Of a DNA stretch of 64,000 bases, positions 11,983 to 24,580 are shown one piece after another. Location of the stretch: the NCBI RefSeq assembly GCF_016433145.1, contig NC_058136.1, forward strand, positions 926,141-990,140. Reading direction: 5' to 3'. The stretch comes from Gracilinanus agilis. Taxonomy: Eukaryota. The notes under the pieces are model-generated. The model was not told the origin of the DNA and made no database searches. It worked only from the letters and a program-made list of their open reading frames with translations. The translations under genes and the position numbers were made by a program. The first letter of the stretch is position 1. Each line of letters opens with the position of its first letter.

Positions 11983-12175
11983 CAGTGATTCCCAAAGTGG
12001 GTGCTACTGCCCCCTGGTGGATGCTGTAGCAATCCAGAGAAGCAGTGATGGCCACACTTTTCTTGTATTTCATTCTATTCTCAGTTCAATAAATAGTTTC
12101 ATAATTTCCAGGGGGCACTAAGTAATATTTTTTCTGGAAAGGGGGTGGTAGGCCAAAAAAGTTTGGGAACCTCTG
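11983..12175 (+). mobile_element. hAT-Charlie MITE, 193 bp, containing a perfect CTCF core (mirror 27248-27440)
   Basis: TIRs cagtgattcccaaagt / agtttgggaacctctg; 8-bp TSD ctctggat (11975-11982) vs ctctagat (12176-12183). Confidence 0.92.
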
Positions 12176-12389
12176 CTCTAGATCCTCCTCATCAAAAACT
12201 TCCTATAATTTTCTTTGTAGCTACTTCTCCTTGTGGGATCTGGGGAATGGAGGAAGTTCCTCCATTGCTGGCATACATTCCAAGGGCTAAGAGAAGAATA
12301 GGCAGATTAAATGGAATAAGAATCTAAAAAAAGATAGCCAGTATCCTATGGAACTTTGGGCATGCAATGTCACCCTGTAGATTCCCACA

Positions 12390-12985
12390 TCCTATTTTCT
12401 TTTTTCTAATTACTCACTATCTAACTCCTCTGCTCCAGTTTTCCTCAACCTTGCCCTTACCTTCTATTTCTTCTAACATGAATTTCCCTGGCTTGATTTG
12501 GTCTCTCACACATTACCTCTCTAGCTCAAACTATTGACACCGCCCAAGTACCTCATTCTTGCTCCATCATCTTATTGAATATTATAACCTAAAATTCAAC
12601 ATTTACTAAAATAATTCGTCTCCTTTTCTCCACTTCAGATTTTTTCCCTTACCTATTTTCACCATTGTTGTCAGTCACTTAGTCTTGAAAACTTCTAATC
12701 ATTTTGATTTGTTTTTCTTCTGCTTCCTTCTGTTTCTCATTGGACTTTGAGTATTCCTTCTAATAATGCCTTCCAAACTTTTCTTTTCTTTTTTGATTGC
12801 CCTTAGTTCAAGTCTTCATCACTCTGGGTCTTCATTATCACTAGTCTCCCGAACTAGTTTCATTGCCTCTCCATCATACAATACATTCCACATAAACTCA
12901 GCCTAAAGCCTTCAATAATTCCTTATTCATCACAGGAGGAAGTCCAAACTCTTTAGATGGGTCCTCAAAAGTTTCCTAACTTACT
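12390..12985 (+). mobile_element. L2 LINE fragment, sense (mirror 26438-27033)
   Basis: Pyrimidine-rich L2 ORF2-like motifs (attcaacat...gtcagtcact...aaaactt...gcccttagttcaagtcttcatc...aagtccaaactcttt). Confidence 0.65.
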
Positions 12986-14842
12986 GCTCCAGCTCTAGGG
13001 CTGGCAATTGTGATGAGTACCATACTTAAAGAGATCCTGGTGATATCAGTGGCTTGAGCTGTGATGGAGAAAAACAGTCAATGGATAATAAGGGATAAAA
13101 GTTGATGGTTCTACCAGTGGGTGCTAAAAATGGGCTCCTCTTTTTCTTTGCACCCCTTCTACAATTCCATGTTGTTCATTTTATAATTCCTTTCCCCCTT
13201 AAAGATTGCAGAGATGTTTATGTAGATCTAGTTTCTTGCTTTGATATCTGAAGGATCTGGAATTTCATGAGAATGAGAGTTAAAAAATTTTTTGAATGAC
13301 TACACACTGCTAACTTCCATTCTTAAGTAAAGCACTTTATGAGTTTCTATGACCAAAAATATCTGTCAATTATTGCTAACGTGGTAATAAGCCTTTTACG
13401 AGATAACCTGTTCCTTGGAAAGCATTCACAGAAACCATCTTTGAGTCTATACTTGATCATAGCTTGGAAGGGCCTGCCAGTACAAGTACTCCACTGGTAT
13501 AGTCTTTGAGCACTCAAGGTCATCTGTATAGCCTAGTAAAGAAAGCTTATTTTTACTGTAATTAAAATGTTTTAGTCTTATAGGATCACAGAATTAGAGC
13601 TGAAAGGGATTGAAGAGATTGTCTAATTCAATCTTCTCACTTTTGCAGGTGAGGAATCTGAAGCCTAGAAAAATTAAGTGACATTTCTTAAGGACTCAGA
13701 AGCAATAAGAAGCAGTCAGTTGAAATGAATTTATTTACTAGATGCTGGATTTTATGCTATTCTTTGAGGTTAAAGGGGGAAGCAAAAACACAGTCACTGC
13801 CCTCAAAACCACCACTGCCTAGCAGTTCACATTTTAACGGAAGAAACAACATACAAAAAAAGTACCCACAGAATCCATTAGAACTCCAACCCAAATCCTT
13901 TGCCTATAAATCTGGTATTCTTTCTACCTACTATGTGTATGTGTACACATGGACGGCAATACAATGTGTGATTTCCCTCTGATACTCACTTAAAGATGGC
14001 CCAGGGCTCTGAATCTGAGAAAGGAGAAAGAATTCTGCTTGCTTTTAAATATGAATGTTTCTTGTTTCTTGGGAATTCACTTCTAGGCTATACTGTGAAG
14101 AACTGATCAAAAGGATCCAGAAAGCAGTCCAGTTTTTTTTTTTAACTTGATCCTTACTTAACTCAATCCACTCCATGAGAGCAATGTGGACCACATTCCT
14201 CTCTGATAGAGTACAACCCTAAATAGAACTTTAGGTATTGCAAATTTCCATAGAGAGGAGCAGAGAGAATGGCTCAAGTGTTATGGTTTCAAATAATTTT
14301 CTTACTGGGCTATAGGCAGCATGCAAATCAGAGAAAATAGTGAAAACACATGATATTATCCAGGTATCTCTTCCCCATCTCAACTTTCCCCATCGTGGTT
14401 TCAATATGTAGAGGTCTGGTATAAGAAATTAAATGAGAATTTGGGGGGAATATTGCAGAAGCCCCAGACAACATAAGCCCAGCAGAAGACACAGAAAAAG
14501 TTTAGAAACTTAGAAATGCATAAAATATATGTATAGTATTGTATTAAATCAATATTTTTATCATTTAATGCCATAAGTAAACACTTTTTCTTTTTTAAGG
14601 CTAAAATAAGCAAAAACAAATAAAGTTTATGAAAAGAACAGAACACCCAAAGGCTAGAAGGGTAGAGATATCTTTCAAAGTTTAATAATTCATAAATGCA
14701 CACAAGGTACTGTGAGCACTTCATAAAAGAAAAAAATCAGACTTCTTCCTTGGTACAATGGGAAGGTAATGAAATTTTAGGCTGATTATCCAGATCATGG
14801 GGGTGACATGCCCCTAACCCTTGAGATGTGGAAGGGATACCC

Positions 14843-14843
<1 letters not shown>

Positions 14844-14904
<61 letters not shown>
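14844..14904 (+). repeat. (TA)n microsatellite at a SINE tail (mirror ~24519-24579)
   Basis: Direct; one internal G interruption. Confidence 0.95.
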
Positions 14905-14907
<3 letters not shown>

Positions 14908-15086
14908 AAACACTTACTTTCTATCTTAGTATCAGTTCTAAGACAGAAGAGCAACATGGGCTGGGCAGTTGTGGTTAAGTGGTTTGCCCAGGGTCACACA
15001 GCTAGGAAGTGTCTGAAGCCAGATTGGAGCCCAAGTCCTCCTGACTCCAGGCCTGGCACTCTATCCGCTGTGCTAACTAGCTGCCC
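14904..15086 (-). mobile_element. Opossum SINE (SINE1_Mdo-related subfamily; mirror 24337-24519)
   Basis: Antisense of gggcagctagttagcacagcggatagagtgccaggcctggagtcagg...gacacttcctagctgtgtgaccctgggcaa...tactaagatagaaagtaag. Confidence 0.88.
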
Positions 15087-16095
15087 TGATAATATATTCA
15101 TATACATATATGAATATATATTCTATATGAGTGTATATATTTAAGTATACATACTAAATAATTAAATATCTAAATAAATATATGTATATATCTTTATGCA
15201 AATTCATTTACTTATTGCTCACAAGTGAAAGGAAAAGTTTAAATGTTTAATCTGATTCTTGATAAGTCTGAACATATTCTAAGATATGCTTCCTCTGAAT
15301 CTAATATCCCTAACAGGAAAGAAGGATTGACAATTAGGAAGTAGGGTTCTAGCTGTCATTTGCTCTAGTGTTTATTATTAACTTGACTAAGTCCTTTTGT
15401 TTTGATTATGGGTGTCAGGAAAATATTAATTTAGACTTTATTGGACTGCTTAATTTAAGTGTGAGCATTACAGAATCCTTTTTTTTAATTCCAGAAGCAT
15501 TTTATTTTTAAGTTTTTTTGTTTTAACATCATCTTCATATCTGAATATTCTCATCCTTCTTCCATTCCATCTTTTGTAACATTTAAGAAAAAGAAAGAGA
15601 GACTCCTCCAAAAAATGGAGGAAAAACAGTTGATAAAAACTAACACACAAAGCAATTAATTCTGGGCATTGTTGCACACCCATAGTGCCTTATCTTTGCA
15701 AAGAAGGGGGTGAGTGTATTTTCTCATCTCTTTTCCTTAGCTACATTTAGTCACTGTATCATTATAATTATATAGCTTTCTTCAGTAAGCACCTACTTTG
15801 GGCCAGGCACTGTGCTACTTGCTGGGGGAAAAAGGAAGTAATTAAACAACCCCTATTTGTGAGGATTTAAGAACATACACATAGATGGACTGAGATGGAG
15901 TGTATATGCAATGTAATTTATATTCTCTCTATATAATAGATATCATGCATAATATAATTTTTATATTTTTACAGCTATCTGTCTATCTATCTAGAGTAGA
16001 AACAAAGTAGTTTCTAAAGACACAAAGAATTGACAACTAGAAGGGGTCCCAGGGGATCAGATAAGCCACATGGAAGTGAATATATTTGAATTGAG

Positions 16096-16281
16096 TTTTT
16101 TTTTTAATTTCCTACCTTCTTAGGATTGATGCAAAGTATTGATTCCAAGGCAGAAAGGCAGTAAGGTATAGGCAATTGGGGTTAAATGACTTGCCCAGGC
16201 TTACACAGCTACGAAATACCTGAGACAGATTTGAACTCCAATCTCTAGCCTGGCTCTCTATCCACTGAGCTACCTAGCCCC
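16096..16281 (-). mobile_element. SINE1_Mdo-like SINE (mirror ~23140-23327); its T tail is 10 nt here vs A12 in the mirror
   Basis: Antisense of ggggctaggtagctcagtggatagagagccaggctagag...gggcaagtcatttaaccccaattgcc...ccttactgcctttctgccttgg. Confidence 0.85.
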
Positions 16282-16338
16282 TTGAATATAGTCTTAAGGG
16301 AAGCTAGGGATTTTTTTCTTTTCTTTCTTTTTTTGGGG

Positions 16339-16368
16339 GGTGGTGGTGGTGGTGGTGGTGGTGGTGGT
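16339..16368 (+). repeat. (GGT)n microsatellite (mirror 23053-23082)
   Basis: Direct; explains the poly-Gly ORF. Confidence 0.95.
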
Positions 16369-16499
16369 AATGGTATTGGAGTGGGATTGGGGGAAGATTG
16401 GGTCTCGATTTCCTATCCTCTTCATCCTTCCTTACAGAGCCTGTTGATACCTTTGCTCTCAAGGGCACACTATGTTGGGCTAGATCAATTTCAGTCCTA

Positions 16500-17370
16500 T
16501 TCTAACTCAGAACTTCTAAATTCAAGTAATTCAGTCTTGGCTTTACCCAGTAGCAGGGATTATAGGTAATGAGCTACTATGTCCAGCCAGAGTTTGGGAT
16601 TCTAAGAGGTTAAAGTTAGAAGCATTTGCATACCAGACATTTGAGAAAGGCATGGAGGTAGGAGAGGGAATGTTCTTTGCTAGCCACAGCCAGCAGGTCC
16701 ATTTTGCTGGAATGTAGTGTGGCACTTTAAATGTCAAAGAAATGATTTTGTACTTTAAATGACTAATATTTCTTGAAGAACAGTGCCCTAGTCATATATA
16801 TGCTTTAGGACTATCAACTGGACAGTTGTGTGGAGGAGGGATTGTAGAGGGGAAAGGTTTGGAAGGAGGAAGACCTTTTAAGAAACTCGTGGAATAGTCC
16901 ATGACGGAGGCAAGAGCCTAAACTATTGTGGGGTCTATATGAATTGACAAGACTTGATAATCTTGGCAGATTGGATAACAGGAGAAGGGAAAGTGTAGAA
17001 TTGAGAATATGTTGCAGGTCGCAAACCTGAGTGGAATTATGATGTTATACTTTTTGGAAACCTCAGGAAAAGGAGATTTGGAAGGAAATATAGAGTTCAA
17101 TTTTGTATTAGTTAAGCATGAGATGTCTTTGGAATACACAGATGGAAATGTCCAATAAGACCTTTATAATAAAGAGAATTCATGGGAGCTGGTCAAATTA
17201 ACAAGAGAACAAGAGAGGGAAAATAAAGGGGTCCAGAGAAGAGCATTAAGGTATGTGAACAGTTGGACATTGGATGTGAAGATCTTTGAAAGAGGAGATT
17301 GAGAAGAAGGCAGAGAGGTAGGAGAACAATAACATGAAACACAAAGGAGGAGAGACTCAGGAATCAGAGT
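16500..17370 (-). mobile_element. L2 LINE fragment(s), antisense (mirror ~22051-22921)
   Basis: Purine-rich L2-like antisense sequence (ggattggat...gagttcaattttgtat...gagatgtctttggaatac...atggaaatgtccaata...). Confidence 0.6.
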
Positions 17371-18829
17371 GGTAGAGGTGTAAGTAACTTTTTAGAAATT
17401 ATCTAGTCCAACTCCATTATATAGAGGGGGAGACTGATACCCAGAAAGGTTGAAAGAACAGACAGCAAGTTGTAAGGCTGTGATTTGAAGTGAGGTTTTC
17501 TGAAGACTCAAAACCATTCTGGTAGCATAAGAATGGATGCTAAAATAATTAATAGAGTTATAGGTTTTTAGAGGTAGTAGGGACTTTACAGATCATGTAG
17601 TCCAACATCTTATTTTACAGAGGAAGAAACTGAGTCCCAGAAATATTATGTGACCACCCAAATAGCAGAGTTGGAAATAGAGTTTGACCAAATCTCTCTA
17701 CTCCCAGGCCAGTGAACTTTCTACTACACATAATTTGCTAACAGATTTTTCTGAGCTTGAAACTGATACGTAATACATATATAAAATATGCCTTTTTGCA
17801 ATTTTGGCCAAAGTTGGAAGCTTTATTGAAGTTTCAAATTATCTTTACTTTTGTAATTGATGCATATTAATAGAATCATAAAATGTTAGAGCTAGAAGAG
17901 ATTTTAGTGATTTAGTTTAACCCTCTTGTTTTACAAATGAAGAAACTGAGGCTTAAAAGGTTACATTTGATGTCTTTCTCTTACCACTCAAATTTATGCT
18001 TCTTATGATGAATAGACAAGAGTTTATTCATGGTTCCAGAGTTCAGGTTGTCAATCTTTCCCCTTCTCATGCATTTAATAATTTTAGTCACTTGGAAATT
18101 AAGAATACTTGAACTTCATGACTCTTTTTCAGATGTGGTTGAAATAATGTTCAAAGTTGCTGAGGTCACCCTCACCCTCAAGGAACAGCTAATGAGATCT
18201 TCCCTTAGGTTAGACTGGTCTAAATTTCATGGACCACTACTGAATTCATTTCAGGAGGCCTGGTGATTCAAACAGCAGTTTATATACCCTGAATGACTCT
18301 TCTCTAGCAGCCCACATGAAAGCATTTATGTTTCTGGTTAGGTTGCAGGAATGAGTTTTCTTAATGCCATCACTGAATTCCAAGGATGAAGAAAAAAATT
18401 ACTCATGCATTTTCTAATGACTAAAAAATTTTCCAGTGTCTCGGCTGTCTAGTTCTCATCATGTAGCAGTTCCATTACCAAATCGTCATCGGTATAATTT
18501 GAGTAGCAGGCAGGTACTACTTAGAAAGACCAACTAAATAAAAAATCTGAGCCATAAATTCCAAGACAAAATTGCAGAGTAAACTCTTTTGAGAGGCTCC
18601 CTTTATGATCCTAACTAAAGTACCAATTATATGTTTAACTTTTGGCCATACAAGATCATACTGTGCAGAACATTAGTGAAGATGAACCTTTCAGTACTGG
18701 GATGGTTTGGTCATAGTGTGAATGTTTTATATTCCTGGCAAAGTGGAGTGGGCTGCTGAAAAATGAGCATGACCAAAGACACCATTCTGGCTTTTGTTGA
18801 GTGGGTGGAGCATGGGTGGGTAAGTTTTA

Positions 18830-19280
18830 CTGATGTGTTTTGGTTTTTTAAACACCCATCATTTCCCAGCATACCCTATCTTCATTAACAGACACAGCAA
18901 GCCCCCCCTTTTTATAACAAAGTTAAAACAGTTAAGTAAAAATGTCTGATAAATACTGATAGTACATGTGTCATTTTTGTACCTGTAGTCTACCCCCTTT
19001 CTATAAAAGAGGACGGAGACATTACTTGTCCTTTATTTTCTGGGTATAAAATGAATACAGTTAATTTGAGTTCAGTTGCCCTTTTGTGTTGTTCCCTCGC
19101 TACCCTGAACCTTTGCCTCTTGTAGTTGTACACATTGTTCTGGTTCTGTTTACTTTTTTCTGCATCAGGGCATATGTTTTCCATGTTTCTCTTAATTCCA
19201 AATATTTTTCAATTCTTGTGACACAATAGAATTCCATTCCACTCACCTAGTACAATTTGATCATCCTTAATTAATGAATA
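18830..19280 (-). mobile_element. Old marsupial L1 3' end (mirror 20141-20591, plus)
   Basis: On the mirror: gaatggaattctattgtg...aaacatggaaaac...atgcagaaaaaagtaaacagaaccagaacaatg, the L1 ORF2 end plus 3' UTR. Confidence 0.7.
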
Positions 19281-19400
19281 TCCACTTTTCCCCTAGGTTT
19301 TGTTTTTGTTGTTGTTGTTATATGACAAATATTTTGAATGGATCCTTTCTTTTTGTTTTTGATCTCCTTGGGGGTAAACATCTATTTTTCTTTGCCTTCT

Positions 19401-19460
19401 TTCCTTCCTTCCTTCCTTCCTTCCTTCCTTCCTTCCTTCCTTCCTTCCTTCCTTCCTTCC
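19401..19460 (+). repeat. (TTCC)n microsatellite abutting the gap; mirror (GGAA)n at 19961-20020
   Basis: 60 nt of TTCC repeat visible on each side of the gap. Confidence 0.99.
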
Positions 19461-19960
19461 NNNNNNNNNNNNNNNNNNNNNNNNNNNNNNNNNNNNNNNN
19501 NNNNNNNNNNNNNNNNNNNNNNNNNNNNNNNNNNNNNNNNNNNNNNNNNNNNNNNNNNNNNNNNNNNNNNNNNNNNNNNNNNNNNNNNNNNNNNNNNNNN
19601 NNNNNNNNNNNNNNNNNNNNNNNNNNNNNNNNNNNNNNNNNNNNNNNNNNNNNNNNNNNNNNNNNNNNNNNNNNNNNNNNNNNNNNNNNNNNNNNNNNNN
19701 NNNNNNNNNNNNNNNNNNNNNNNNNNNNNNNNNNNNNNNNNNNNNNNNNNNNNNNNNNNNNNNNNNNNNNNNNNNNNNNNNNNNNNNNNNNNNNNNNNNN
19801 NNNNNNNNNNNNNNNNNNNNNNNNNNNNNNNNNNNNNNNNNNNNNNNNNNNNNNNNNNNNNNNNNNNNNNNNNNNNNNNNNNNNNNNNNNNNNNNNNNNN
19901 NNNNNNNNNNNNNNNNNNNNNNNNNNNNNNNNNNNNNNNNNNNNNNNNNNNNNNNNNNNN
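19461..19960. other. Assembly gap of exactly 500 N at the palindrome centre
   Basis: A run of 500 N. The round length is typical of a placeholder scaffolding gap, not a measured size. Confidence 0.99.
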
Positions 19961-22900
19961 GGAAGGAAGGAAGGAAGGAAGGAAGGAAGGAAGGAAGGAA
20001 GGAAGGAAGGAAGGAAGGAAAGAAGGCAAAGAAAAATAGATGTTTACCCCCAAGGAGATCAAAAACAAAAAGAAAGGATCCATTCAAAATATTTGTCATA
20101 TAACAACAACAACAAAAACAAAACCTAGGGGAAAAGTGGATATTCATTAATTAAGGATGATCAAATTGTACTAGGTGAGTGGAATGGAATTCTATTGTGT
20201 CACAAGAATTGAAAAATATTTGGAATTAAGAGAAACATGGAAAACATATGCCCTGATGCAGAAAAAAGTAAACAGAACCAGAACAATGTGTACAACTACA
20301 AGAGGCAAAGGTTCAGGGTAGCGAGGGAACAACACAAAAGGGCAACTGAACTCAAATTAACTGTATTCATTTTATACCCAGAAAATAAAGGACAAGTAAT
20401 GTCTCCGTCCTCTTTTATAGAAAGGGGGTAGACTACAGGTACAAAAATGACACATGTACTATCAGTATTTATCAGACATTTTTACTTAACTGTTTTAACT
20501 TTGTTATAAAAAGGGGGGGCTTGCTGTGTCTGTTAATGAAGATAGGGTATGCTGGGAAATGATGGGTGTTTAAAAAACCAAAACACATCAGTAAAACTTA
20601 CCCACCCATGCTCCACCCACTCAACAAAAGCCAGAATGGTGTCTTTGGTCATGCTCATTTTTCAGCAGCCCACTCCACTTTGCCAGGAATATAAAACATT
20701 CACACTATGACCAAACCATCCCAGTACTGAAAGGTTCATCTTCACTAATGTTCTGCACAGTATGATCTTGTATGGCCAAAAGTTAAACATATAATTGGTA
20801 CTTTAGTTAGGATCATAAAGGGAGCCTCTCAAAAGAGTTTACTCTGCAATTTTGTCTTGGAATTTATGGCTCAGATTTTTTATTTAGTTGGTCTTTCTAA
20901 GTAGTACCTGCCTGCTACTCAAATTATACCGATGACGATTTGGTAATGGAACTGCTACATGATGAGAACTAGACAGCCGAGACACTGGAAAATTTTTTAG
21001 TCATTAGAAAATGCATGAGTAATTTTTTTCTTCATCCTTGGAATTCAGTGATGGCATTAAGAAAACTCATTCCTGCAACCTAACCAGAAACATAAATGCT
21101 TTCATGTGGGCTGCTAGAGAAGAGTCATTCAGGGTATATAAACTGCTGTTTGAATCACCAGGCCTCCTGAAATGAATTCAGTAGTGGTCCATGAAATTTA
21201 GACCAGTCTAACCTAAGGGAAGATCTCATTAGCTGTTCCTTGAGGGTGAGGGTGACCTCAGCAACTTTGAACATTATTTCAACCACATCTGAAAAAGAGT
21301 CATGAAGTTCAAGTATTCTTAATTTCCAAGTGACTAAAATTATTAAATGCATGAGAAGGGGAAAGATTGACAACCTGAACTCTGGAACCATGAATAAACT
21401 CTTGTCTATTCATCATAAGAAGCATAAATTTGAGTGGTAAGAGAAAGACATCAAATGTAACCTTTTAAGCCTCAGTTTCTTCATTTGTAAAACAAGAGGG
21501 TTAAACTAAATCACTAAAATCTCTTCTAGCTCTAACATTTTATGATTCTATTAATATGCATCAATTACAAAAGTAAAGATAATTTGAAACTTCAATAAAG
21601 CTTCCAACTTTGGCCAAAATTGCAAAAAGGCATATTTTATATATGTATTACGTATCAGTTTCAAGCTCAGAAAAATCTGTTAGCAAATTATGTGTAGTAG
21701 AAAGTTCACTGGCCTGGGAGTAGAGAGATTTGGTCAAACTCTATTTCCAACTCTGCTATTTGGGTGGTCACATAATATTTCTGGGACTCAGTTTCTTCCT
21801 CTGTAAAATAAGATGTTGGACTACATGATCTGTAAAGTCCCTACTACCTCTAAAAACCTATAACTCTATTAATTATTTTAGCATCCATTCTTATGCTACC
21901 AGAATGGTTTTGAGTCTTCAGAAAACCTCACTTCAAATCACAGCCTTACAACTTGCTGTCTGTTCTTTCAACCTTTCTGGGTATCAGTCTCCCCCTCTAT
22001 ATAATGGAGTTGGACTAGATAATTTCTAAAAAGTTACTTACACCTCTACCACTCTGATTCCTGAGTCTCTCCTCCTTTGTGTTTCATGTTATTGTTCTCC
22101 TACCTCTCTGCCTTCTTCTCAATCTCCTCTTTCAAAGATCTTCACATCCAATGTCCAACTGTTCACATACCTTAATGCTCTTCTCTGGACCCCTTTATTT
22201 TCCCTCTCTTGTTCTCTTGTTAATTTGACCAGCTCCCATGAATTCTCTTTATTATAAAGGTCTTATTGGACATTTCCATCTGTGTATTCCAAAGACATCT
22301 CATGCTTAACTAATACAAAATTGAACTCTATATTTCCTTCCAAATCTCCTTTTCCTGAGGTTTCCAAAAAGTATAACATCATAATTCCACTCAGGTTTGC
22401 GACCTGCAACATATTCTCAATTCTACACTTTCCCTTCTCCTGTTATCCAATCTGCCAAGATTATCAAGTCTTGTCAATTCATATAGACCCCACAATAGTT
22501 TAGGCTCTTGCCTCCGTCATGGACTATTCCACGAGTTTCTTAAAAGGTCTTCCTCCTTCCAAACCTTTCCCCTCTACAATCCCTCCTCCACACAACTGTC
22601 CAGTTGATAGTCCTAAAGCATATATATGACTAGGGCACTGTTCTTCAAGAAATATTAGTCATTTAAAGTACAAAATCATTTCTTTGACATTTAAAGTGCC
22701 ACACTACATTCCAGCAAAATGGACCTGCTGGCTGTGGCTAGCAAAGAACATTCCCTCTCCTACCTCCATGCCTTTCTCAAATGTCTGGTATGCAAATGCT
22801 TCTAACTTTAACCTCTTAGAATCCCAAACTCTGGCTGGACATAGTAGCTCATTACCTATAATCCCTGCTACTGGGTAAAGCCAAGACTGAATTACTTGAA

Positions 22901-24515
22901 TTTAGAAGTTCTGAGTTAGAATAGGACTGAAATTGATCTAGCCCAACATAGTGTGCCCTTGAGAGCAAAGGTATCAACAGGCTCTGTAAGGAAGGATGAA
23001 GAGGATAGGAAATCGAGACCCAATCTTCCCCCAATCCCACTCCAATACCATTACCACCACCACCACCACCACCACCACCACCCCCCAAAAAAAGAAAGAA
23101 AAGAAAAAAATCCCTAGCTTCCCTTAAGACTATATTCAAGGGGCTAGGTAGCTCAGTGGATAGAGAGCCAGGCTAGAGATTGGAGTTCAAATCTGTCTCA
23201 GGTATTTCGTAGCTGTGTAAGCCTGGGCAAGTCATTTAACCCCAATTGCCTATACCTTACTGCCTTTCTGCCTTGGAATCAATACTTTGCATCAATCCTA
23301 AGAAGGTAGGAAATTAAAAAAAAAAAACTCAATTCAAATATATTCACTTCCATGTGGCTTATCTGATCCCCTGGGACCCCTTCTAGTTGTCAATTCTTTG
23401 TGTCTTTAGAAACTACTTTGTTTCTACTCTAGATAGATAGACAGATAGCTGTAAAAATATAAAAATTATATTATGCATGATATCTATTATATAGAGAGAA
23501 TATAAATTACATTGCATATACACTCCATCTCAGTCCATCTATGTGTATGTTCTTAAATCCTCACAAATAGGGGTTGTTTAATTACTTCCTTTTTCCCCCA
23601 GCAAGTAGCACAGTGCCTGGCCCAAAGTAGGTGCTTACTGAAGAAAGCTATATAATTATAATGATACAGTGACTAAATGTAGCTAAGGAAAAGAGATGAG
23701 AAAATACACTCACCCCCTTCTTTGCAAAGATAAGGCACTATGGGTGTGCAACAATGCCCAGAATTAATTGCTTTGTGTGTTAGTTTTTATCAACTGTTTT
23801 TCCTCCATTTTTTGGAGGAGTCTCTCTTTCTTTTTCTTAAATGTTACAAAAGATGGAATGGAAGAAGGATGAGAATATTCAGATATGAAGATGATGTTAA
23901 AACAAAAAAACTTAAAAATAAAATGCTTCTGGAATTAAAAAAAAGGATTCTGTAATGCTCACACTTAAATTAAGCAGTCCAATAAAGTCTAAATTAATAT
24001 TTTCCTGACACCCATAATCAAAACAAAAGGACTTAGTCAAGTTAATAATAAACACTAGAGCAAATGACAGCTAGAACCCTACTTCCTAATTGTCAATCCT
24101 TCTTTCCTGTTAGGGATATTAGATTCAGAGGAAGCATATCTTAGAATATGTTCAGACTTATCAAGAATCAGATTAAACATTTAAACTTTTCCTTTCACTT
24201 GTGAGCAATAAGTAAATGAATTTGCATAAAGATATATACATATATTTATTTAGATATTTAATTATTTAGTATGTATACTTAAATATATACACTCATATAG
24301 AATATATATTCATATATGTATATGAATATATTATCAGGGCAGCTAGTTAGCACAGCGGATAGAGTGCCAGGCCTGGAGTCAGGAGGACTTGGGCTCCAAT
24401 CTGGCTTCAGACACTTCCTAGCTGTGTGACCCTGGGCAAACCACTTAACCACAACTGCCCAGCCCATGTTGCTCTTCTGTCTTAGAACTGATACTAAGAT
24501 AGAAAGTAAGTGTTT

Positions 24516-24580
<65 letters not shown>

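Larger units (their letters stand above)
1..19460 (+). repeat. Left arm of a giant inverted duplication (palindrome)
   Basis: Position 1 (ttgtatctaattagg...) is the reverse complement of the sequence ending at 39420. All track ORFs but one recur mirrored with identical translation; the exception is 4768-4962, broken by the CA-repeat length difference. Mirror coordinates sum to 39421 (1-~4858 and ~16106-19460) or 39423 (~4893-16095). Confidence 0.99.

Noticed and set aside
19274-20147. The longest ORFs in the track (233-284 aa) on both strands
   Set aside because: They consist of TTCC/GGAA repeat translations plus the 500-N gap; pure artefacts.
21048-21150. Peptide RNINAFMWAAREE resembling the HMG-box motif RPMNAFMVW
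   Set aside because: Only a few residues match, the rest of the HMG box is absent and the frame closes shortly after.
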